This document shows positions 55,817-64,000 of a DNA stretch of 64,000 nucleotides, one piece after another (position 1 is the first letter of the stretch; each line of letters starts with the position of its first letter). A program made the position numbers and the translations under genes. The stretch is from Blastocladiella emersonii ATCC 22665. Its lineage: Eukaryota > Fungi > Blastocladiomycota. Location of the stretch: NCBI GenBank assembly GCA_025594325.1, contig JANHCV010000012.1, positions 868,001 to 932,000 on the forward strand, written 5' to 3'. The notes under the pieces were generated by a model. It made no database searches, had not been told where the DNA came from, and saw only the letters and a program-made list of their open reading frames with translations.

Positions 55817-56261
55817 TGGCGGGTTGGGCGGAGTATCTAATGGAGATAGTTTTTGAGTGATATCGGAGTGATGGGCCCCTGAGTGAGACGCAGGGGAAGT
55901 CGACAGCGGCCCGCTGGTCCGCGGGAAGCTGGTGGCCCTCGGTGCGGACTGCAAGGGCATGTCGTAATGACCTAGTCGGAGGGTACAACCGAGACGATTC
56001 GTGAGCGTTTGCAACGAGGGTTGAGCAGACGCGCTCTCGACTCAAGACTAGATAACACCACGGATCGAGGTCGGCCCGCCCGCCCGCCCGCCACGCTGGA
56101 TGACGCGGTAAAGAGCTGTACCTGCGACAAGGTGGTGGCCCTAGATGCGCGTCTGGTGCAAGGGCAGATATGTATGCCTGGTGTTGAAGAGTATCTGCAC
56201 AAATCGATTCTTGAAAGCGGTTTAGAGGAGGGTTCGAGCGAAATGCGAGGCGAGGCGGAGG

Positions 56262-56696
56262 GTGAGTCGGGAGCTGCCCGCGCACGCTGGACGGCCGCGT
56301 CGAACTGATTCAGAGCAAAAGAACCCACCGTTCTCCGCTCAGTTGCGCGAGCTCGATCTCATGGATTCAGTGCTCAAGTACCTGGAAGACGCTGAAGCCC
56401 TGTTCCGCTCGCTTCCGCCCATGCTTCACACCCTCAACCTCGCCGACAGCGAACTGGACGACCTGGACTTTATTGAGGCACTCGCCCTCAACCTGCCCAA
56501 AAGCTTGGTCGAGCTGTTCCTCGCGTACAACGACATTGACGAGGACTACGTGGCCGTGCTCGCCGCTCGTCTCCCGCAGACGCTCGCCGTGCTGGATCTC
56601 ACTGGAAACGAGTTTGGCGACCTGGGCCTCGCCAGTACGTGGACAACTTTGTGGTGTCCTTGTCGCAGTGCGCCAAGCCCTGCAAATCAAATGTGA
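56262..56696 (+). pseudogene. RNI-like LRR fragment
   Basis: LRELDLMDS, LPPMLHTLNLADSEL, LPKSLVELFLAYNDI, LPQTLAVLDLTGNEF; lacks the family N-terminus. Confidence 0.65.
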
Positions 56697-56927
56697 GCGG
56701 CATGCATTTTCGCTTTCATAAACCACCTGAAAAACCGTGAAGAGCTTTGTCCGGTCGCTCGTGAGTCGCAGCGTGATATACGCGGTGGTCAAGTGCACGT
56801 GGCTCACCTGATGCTGTGTGGCGGCATCAACTCGACGTCCAAACTTTCGTGGCGCCACATGAGTCTCGCCCTCCGTCCGCTCCTTCGTCCACGCCCACCA
56901 CCGATGCAACCACATGAAAAACCTGCC

Positions 56928-58727
56928 ATGGACCTAATGCAACGTAAACTCGACGTCAGCGAGATTCTTGCTGATATTCTCATGCGCGCCGTCCGGCTGC
57001 ACGACCCGCACGATGCTCCCGGCCTGCTCCAGTACGTGCGGGTCTTGCCGCGCAACCGTGCCCCCGAGGTAACCCGCCTCGTCTTGCAAATTTGTCCTGC
57101 TTTCGGTGTTCTGGAAGCCACGCGCAGTGGAAACGCTCGACTGCTTAAGCTACGCCGAGCTTTCGGTATCAAGGAAGCCGCACCCGACGACAAAAACGAG
57201 CAGGATCTACGTAATGCCCTTTACCAGGCCCTTGATCTCGGCTACGAGGATGTGCTTGCGTGGTGGCGCGGGGTAGATACGAGCCAGCTTTGTCGGTATA
57301 GCTCGGCTGCCTTACGCACAGCGCTCGATCTTTTCCACCCGGCCGAAGCGGGCGTCGCACCCGGTGACGCGGAAATTGCGCGCATTGCTAACGATATCCA
57401 ATGCGGCAAGTTGACCAAAGTCGAGCTCTCCCGCAAGTGTGTGACTTCGAATGGAATTGCAGAGCTCAACCTCGCGCTTGCTTCGCCTAATCAGCAGGTG
57501 GCGTCGGTCGCGCTTGAACGCTGCTATGTCAACGCCTCTCAAGCCCTTGAGCTGCGGCTTCCTTCGACCGTTATGACGCTTGATCTGTCGTACAGCAAGT
57601 TACGGCTGGCAAATGCAAACGAGGATAATTACGCGGCAGCGAGTCCACTTTTACTCTCGGCATCCTTGCGTGAACTTAAGCTTGCCTATTGCTTTTCGGC
57701 GGTAAACTACCTCTTGGCTTTCAAATCCCACCTGTGTCCATCCCTTGTCGCGCTTGACCTGACTTGTACTGAGTTTTGCGACAACGATATTCGTCAACTT
57801 GTGACCTGTCTGCCGCGATCGCTTGAGCGCCTTGTCTTGAAGCGCTCCCTTCGTGGCTCCGAATCGATTGCGCTGGTTGCCGATCACCTCCCGCCAACTC
57901 TCACTGACCTTGATCTCAGCTCCAACGATATTACTGGAATCGACGCATTCACGCTGGCACGGCGTATCAGTCACCTTCCCTCCTTGCGCAGACTTAAACT
58001 GAAATTGTGCGACATACCTCCCACAGTCATGGCAACCATCGTCAGCGACCTTCCTGATGGGATGGAGGAGCTGAACCTCAGCTGGAACACGTTTGACAAG
58101 GAGACTGCACTGGCATTTGCCTCCCGCGCGCTCCCGCGTCTCTTGAAATTAAAGCTTCAACATGTTGAGCTGTGCAACGACAGCGCGCTCACGCTCGTAC
58201 AAGGGTTCTCATCGGCCCTCGTACATCTCGATCTTTCTGATAACAAGCTTGGAACCACTGCAGTTCTTGCCATTGTCCGCAAATTGGCATCCACCTCACA
58301 TCAACTGCGCGTTCTTAAGCTTAAAAATGTGGGCTGGCTCAAAGAGGAAGCCATGTCAGAGTTGGCATCGTTGCTTCCGCAGTCCCTAACCGAGCTTTAC
58401 TTCAGCCCGGACGTAAATAATTTCATCGAGAACACGGAAGGGTTCTTCCGTGTCTTTTCACTAAACTCGTTGACGCGGCTCGAGCTTCGCCGCTTTGAAA
58501 TCGGTTTCCCAGAAGTCGAGTCGTTTGCCGCGTGGCTACGATCGGCAACTACTCTCAAAACTTTCACGTTTACTCAGGCTCACCTGAACAATCGGACAGC
58601 TCGTGTCACCGACCGCGCCGTCGCTCACCCCCGCCGCGCTTCTCGCCTCACTATCCCTCGTACCCGCGGCGCCTCGACCCAGACGGCTCAAAAAAAACTC
58701 TCAAGGACAAGCTTACTCGTATCCTGA
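56928..58727 (+). CDS. Apparently intact N-terminal helical/ankyrin-like plus RNI-like LRR protein (about 12-13 repeats)
   Basis: MDLMQRKLDVSEILADILMRAV...LDLGYEDVLAWWRG, then repeated LP..L..LDLS.N.I units; intronless. Confidence 0.8.
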   Translation: MDLMQRKLDVSEILADILMRAVRLHDPHDAPGLLQYVRVLPRNRAPEVTRLVLQICPAFGVLEATRSGNARLLKLRRAFGIKEAAPDDKNEQDLRNALYQALDLGYEDVLAWWRGVDTSQLCRYSSAALRTALDLFHPAEAGVAPGDAEIARIANDIQCGKLTKVELSRKCVTSNGIAELNLALASPNQQVASVALERCYVNASQALELRLPSTVMTLDLSYSKLRLANANEDNYAAASPLLLSASLRELKLAYCFSAVNYLLAFKSHLCPSLVALDLTCTEFCDNDIRQLVTCLPRSLERLVLKRSLRGSESIALVADHLPPTLTDLDLSSNDITGIDAFTLARRISHLPSLRRLKLKLCDIPPTVMATIVSDLPDGMEELNLSWNTFDKETALAFASRALPRLLKLKLQHVELCNDSALTLVQGFSSALVHLDLSDNKLGTTAVLAIVRKLASTSHQLRVLKLKNVGWLKEEAMSELASLLPQSLTELYFSPDVNNFIENTEGFFRVFSLNSLTRLELRRFEIGFPEVESFAAWLRSATTLKTFTFTQAHLNNRTARVTDRAVAHPRRASRLTIPRTRGASTQTAQKKLSRTSLLVS

Positions 58728-60945
58728 GCCCCGCGACGGTGCCCGGCGCGCTCAGCGGCCAGTCGCGCGCGGCAACGCGGCCTCCAAGCAGCCCGCCCGC
58801 GTCGCGGCGACGCCCTCGGGCGCGGGACGGGCGGCGGCGGTAGCAGATGATGCACACGGTCTGTCTCACGTGTCCGATAGTGCGTGGGTCGTGGTGGTGA
58901 GCTAGTAGACGGCCTAGAGCTCGCCGCGCGCGCGAGCCATGGCCACGGCCACGGTCCACCCACCACGCGCTCGGCGCGCAGCACGGCGTCGTCCCGCTGC
59001 TTCGCGAGCGTCAAGAGATGCTGCGGGGTGCCCGTCCCGCCGCGGTCACGCGCCAGCGCTAGTCGCGCGCCGCGGCCGCGACCCGCTTCGCCGCCGCGAT
59101 GCGTGGTTTGGAGCGGCCCAAGTCGACCGCCACTGCGAGGGCGCACAGCTAGCACCCTCTCGGGGAGTCGTGTGCGGTACGGAGCTCACCCCGTCGTCTC
59201 GGGCAGCAGCCGTGTCCGAGTCCGGCTCGACCGTGGCGGTGCGTGCGCGTCGCGAGTGCGAGCGGGCGACCTGAGTCGTTCCCACGGTGGCGGGCTAGTG
59301 GCGCGGGGACCACGTCAAGCGTCGGGCGCCCTGCGTCGTCGTCGCCCGTCGCCGCGCGCGGCGCACTCAGCTACGGCCGCCGCGGGCGGAACGGTGGCTC
59401 CCGCCCGACGCAACAGATGCGCCGAGCTCACGGCGGCAGGATAGACTCGTTTGGGTGATGAAGAACTTCGTATATTGCTGGTGCTTCGCGAGCGAGGGCC
59501 GCGGCCGACTGACACGGCGAGGCGAGGCAGCGCCCGCCCTACGCCGGGCGAGGGCCGGGCTCGGCGGCAGCGATACATGAGAGTGCATAGAGTGTGGAGT
59601 TGCGTAGACGAAGCGTGTGCGACCACGAGGGGGAGCGCGAGAGAGAGGGGAGAGGGGGAGCGGGCAGCGGCGAGGCGGCCGCGGGGCCGAGCAGCGCGGA
59701 AAACGCCAAGTCCCGAGCCGCACTGCGGCAGCCCGCCCTGAAGGGAAACGGAGAGCGAGGGAAAAAGAAAATTGATTTTCAGCCGGCGCCCAGCTTGCGC
59801 CCAGCTCACCGCGGCGGTGCGGTGGAGCGATGTGGCGCAACGCCTGCAGCTCCGCGCGCGCTGATTGGCTGGTTCCCTGGCCGCCAGCTTGTTCACAAGT
59901 GGGGCCGCAAGCGTAGTGACCACGTACGCGGTACTCCGCTTCCCGCGACGCGTGAGACGGCGGAGCCCCGGCGCGGCCCGCGGGACGCGTCGTTCTCACG
60001 GTCCTTGTGTCGCGCCCGCTTGGCCCGCTCGGACGCCATGCCTAAGAGTTGCTCGATCGGAACACTACGGTCGACTTTCTCTGCGAGAGGGCGCCAGCTG
60101 CAAGCCTGCATGATCACGGCGGTCGTGCCGGCCGTCCTCGCTCTCCCTCTTGCACGGCGATGCCGCGGATGAATCGCATGGAACGCAACGAGTACTTGTT
60201 GCATCTCGCTCTCTGGCCTCTCCTCGCGCCCTAGTTGCCGCGAGCGGCATGGATCCGGCGGCGTGAGGACCCGCCCAGTGCTCAGTCGTCGCCGCGCGTG
60301 CGAGGCCGCTGCATCGGCGACCCACCCGCTGGCCCGCCGCGAGCGAACCGAGAAGCTCAACTCGCGATTTGGGCGGCGGAGCGACCGCAGTCGGGCATGG
60401 TGGCGCGGATAGCGCATGATTTACTGTGAGAGCGGGCGGGCTCATGGCGCCAGGCCCGGCGAGCACGGCCACCGCTGAACCTGCTGAACGTCGTGCATGG
60501 ACCCGAGACAGAGCGCCGAGTCGGACCCGAAACAGAGCGCCGAGTCGCGGACGCTGCACACGACGCTCTCGTTCGCTCCCGACTGAGGTACAGGCGCCGA
60601 GTGCGATCGTTCGTGCGAGAAGCGAGATCGCTGCGGCGGAAGTGGCTAGATGCTACATAACGGCGACCAGCGTCGGGTCCCTTGTCAAGTACGCGTTGAT
60701 CGCCAGCGTTGTCTGCAAGTGCGAGCAGTGACTTTGCCGTCGCGCCCTCGTCGCCCACTCCAGTAAGCACCTCCGCGCGTGCGTCACTTTGACAATGCTT
60801 GTGGCCTAGAGATCGCGCCTCATCGTCCGCATCACCTCGCGCTACTTGTGTGCTCGTTACGGTGATCACAACTCAACCGGGGTGCGCTCGCAAGAGATTT
60901 CCAGTCAATTACAATGCACATTTATGCTCAGCAACTCGCTACTTC

Positions 60946-63900
60946 TCAGTAATCGTCCTCGGAGTCACAATACTCGTCATCACACTCGTAGTCGTACTCG
61001 TTGTGCTGCGGGCAGTTGTCAAAGCACGTTGGGAAAAGCGGCAGGAGCAGCGCGCGCTTGAGCTCGCCCTTGAGGCTCGCGAACGCCGTAGCGACGGCCG
61101 GCGCGACCTTCTGCGACCCCGGCTTGGTCTGCGGGAACCGGTTGATGTCGGGGATCTCGCGGTCGACCGTCGCCGCGCGGCAGGACTCGAGATACTCGCC
61201 GATCGCGTCGCCGATCTCGCCAAGGCCGTCGACCGTCGGGATCCGCGCCTCGGACGCGCGGACATACGCGTTCTCGGTCTTCTCGATCAGCTTGCGCAGC
61301 TTCTGCCCGCTCGCGCGCGCCGCGGCCGGCGCCGACTTGGGCGGGAGCGGCGGCACGTACACGTAGCTGACGTCGAGCGCGGGCGTCAGGCCGAACGCCT
61401 TGCCCTGCGGCGGAATCACCACGGGCCGGTGCGCGAAGATCAGGGCCACAGCGCCGCGCGACCCGCTGCCGCTGACCTTGAGCACACACGGGCCGCCCCG
61501 CTTGTCGGCGAAATCGAACAACTTCGCGACGAGCACCTTGAGCCTCGTCGCGCGCCACTCGCCTGAGCGCCCCTGCGACGGCGCGCCGGACCGCTTCGAG
61601 AAGGCGCTGGGCAACTCGTCGCGCGAGTACATGCGGTCGAGCATGCGGAGCGCGGCCTCGTTCATGAACGCGGAGACAGGTCGGCCGTGCTCGGGGACGG
61701 GGAACGACGCGAACCGCGGGATGAGGGGGCAGAGGCCGAGTGCGGGCGCGACGGCGTGCGAAGACTTGATGGCTTTCACGGTCACGCGGCGCGTCTTGGC
61801 GTCGACGTAGACGGTGACCGCGTGCCCCGGCCACGGCAGCTGGAACGTGTGGGCCTTTCCGTCAATGAGCACCGCAATGGCGCCGCGGTACTGTGCGAGG
61901 TCTGAGGCGGGCACGGGCGAGACCGACGCCTTGCCGCGGCCGCGCGGCAGCTCGAAATGGATGGACATTGTGCCGTCCGTGATATCGATGACATCCAGGA
62001 TGGTGAGTCGCATCGGCGGCGGGCGCGCGGCGGCGCGAGATGCGTCGCGGTCGGCTGCTGCAGCGGCCGCGGAAGCCATGATCCCGCGAACGGCGCCCTG
62101 CATCGCTTCCGCTGGGACCCGCGTTGGGACGGCCACGTCAGCGCTACCGCCTCCGCCGTTCCCGCCGTACGGAAGCTCGTTGCTGATGCGGATCCACTCG
62201 GCGGCCCCAATGTTCGGCTCGAGCGCAGGAAGCGCCCAGATGGAGTAGCGGACGCCGCTCGGAAGTACCCCAGGGCGCTCCTGGATGTACCACGTCACGT
62301 CGACCGTCCTGCTCGCCTCGTTGTACACGTGGCGGAGAGCCCAGATAAACGCGACTGCAGAACCGTCGGTGCGCTGAATGCGGATAGCGGACGTTCGAGG
62401 AATGCCGGGGAGAAGCATGAAGGTCGCGCGGACCTGGAATATGGGATCGTCCGCGCGGTTGTCGAACGGAAAAACAAAGCCGTGAGCTCGAGCGAGAAAA
62501 GCACGTTCTGCACGGGTTGCGCCGATGAGGCCGAGCTTGGTGAGGTCCGACTTGGCCGCGACGGCGTCGTCACTCTGCCATGGAAGCGAGGTGCACGGCT
62601 CGGCACCAGTCCAAGTCAAGCGCCGCGCGGCAAAAGCGTACGCGAGAAGCTTGACAATGAAAGCAGAAGTTGTCAGAGAACCGCCTAAAGAACGGAATGA
62701 ACGTGTGAGTATGCGAGAGGACAAGATTTACGAAATGCACATCGTACGGACCTTGAGCAAACACGCAAAATTTATCGCGGCAGTCCAACATCCCCGTGAA
62801 GCGAACGAGCACCTCCCACAAGTACTTGGCAACATGACTGAGAAGCGCAACAGGTGCATCAGGCGCATCCACCTTGCAAAAGGTGGTGTGCTGGTAGGGC
62901 ATTGTCTTGGACGACTCAACAATGTTGAACGAAAAGGGTCGGACGTACGCAGCCCAATCGGCGGAAAACAGCTGCGGAGCCTCGCAAACTACAACGCCAA
63001 AAAGCGCAGGCAGAGCCCGCGAAGGAAGCTTGTAGCACTCCGCCATGGATTCCGCAAGGGAGGATGGAACCACGCTTGACGATTTCGTTGCGCAAAGGGT
63101 CAAAAGAGAGCGATCGTCCGCCGATTTGTCGTTGTACTTGAGAAGCGCGGATCCGCGGAGAAGTAGGTTCAGATCGCCACAACGCTCGACAAGCGTGGAC
63201 GTGTCGATCACATCAAAGCGCTGCTCGGGGTCCGCTGCGAGCTCCTCCATAACCAGGACTGCGTCGCCAACCACAAAGGTGAGGCGGTGCTGGGTGCCGC
63301 TGCTGGCATCGGGCGCGGGAGCGAAAGCATCCGCAAGGCCGCGAAGCCACGAGCTCAGCTGGCGAGCCATCGCAGACTCGGCGCGCTCCTGCGATACGTC
63401 GAAGAAGAATCCAGTGGACGGCAACGCAATAATCTTGGCCTCGCATGAGTTGATGTCAAAGAAGGTCGGGTTGGGGCAGCGACCGACCCGCGCGGTGAGG
63501 AAAAACGAGTTGGTTTCAACGACGCGCTCGATTTCGCACCGCGTCCGCGTCTCGTCGAGCCGCTTGACCTTGTCGGTCGTGTCAAAATAGAGAGCTGCAG
63601 CGGTACGGTTCACCAAGACCTCGTATACTTTGCGGTTGGGGTCCTTGCTAATAAGTTCGCCAAACTCGTCCCAGGGCTCCTCGACACAGGTGATGCGGCG
63701 ATGCTCGAAAGCAGGCGAGTCGAGCAGACGCTTACGCGACTCCACCTGGTCGGAAGAAGTCGGCAGAGCCTTGGCTTGCTCGAGCCATCGCGTCCAACAA
63801 GCGCGAACCGCCAGCTGCGTCGCGTCGTCCAACACACGAACAGGCAGGTTTTTCACGAGCCAGTCGTAGGCGATGCACGCGCGCATTTGCTCGGTCCAGA

Positions 63901-64000
63901 ACGTGAGCGCCGGCCGTTCGAGTTGCTCGGAGAACCACAACTGGCCAACGAATCGGTGGAGCGTCGCATGCTCGATCGTGGAGGACATGAGGGCATGCAG
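60946..64000 (-). CDS. Large DUF4470-family-like protein (usually MYND-associated), probably starting beyond the window; intron 62685..62751
   Basis: FDVIDTSTLVERCGDLNLLL resembles the conserved FDVIDTSNL.DH.G.LNLL motif of fungal DUF4470/MYND proteins. A GTCCGT...TTTAG intron joins ORFs 62570..63988 and 60946..62724 in frame. Confidence 0.65.

Noticed and set aside
47985-56014. Long minus-strand ORFs (47985..49874, 50145..51170, 53672..56014) and the poly-Cys ORF 50081..50845
   Set aside because: Shadows of the protease, NOT2 and the orphan gene; the poly-Cys is the reverse complement of a CAG/CAA poly-Gln tract.
58730-60900. GC-rich stretch with many short overlapping ORFs
   Set aside because: No consistent frame, codon bias, terminal repeats or domain; possibly an eroded gene but not supportable.

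Overview
High-GC eukaryotic genomic DNA, probably an early-diverging fungus (Blastocladiomycota-like; inferred from the gene set and short ~43-78 nt introns with GT[A/G]CG donors, CTRAC/CTAAC branch points and YAG acceptors; not verified). Intact housekeeping genes: malate synthase, a Tim17-family protein, YAE1, galactokinase, a DEAH helicase, QNS1, an MCT-type MFS transporter, a universal stress protein, TRM5 and NOT2. These are interleaved with accessory blocks. The most notable accessory feature is a tandem array of five divergent SUMO-like genes at 19.1-23.2 kb. Four are small GG-tail modifiers spaced ~770 bp apart with identical two-intron structure and a shared 42-bp upstream element; the fifth is a coiled-coil/SUMO-like fusion. 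Other accessory features: two dense AGATCT clusters, three tandem orphan genes with a Gly-rich core, five ankyrin-like/LRR family copies (mostly broken), a class C GPCR-like receptor, an orphan 7TM protein, a bacterial-looking secreted serine protease, and a DUF4470-like gene with a decayed paralogue. No rRNA, tRNA, CRISPR array or recognisable transposase/RT was seen. All calls are by-eye motif recognition; no database searches were run.
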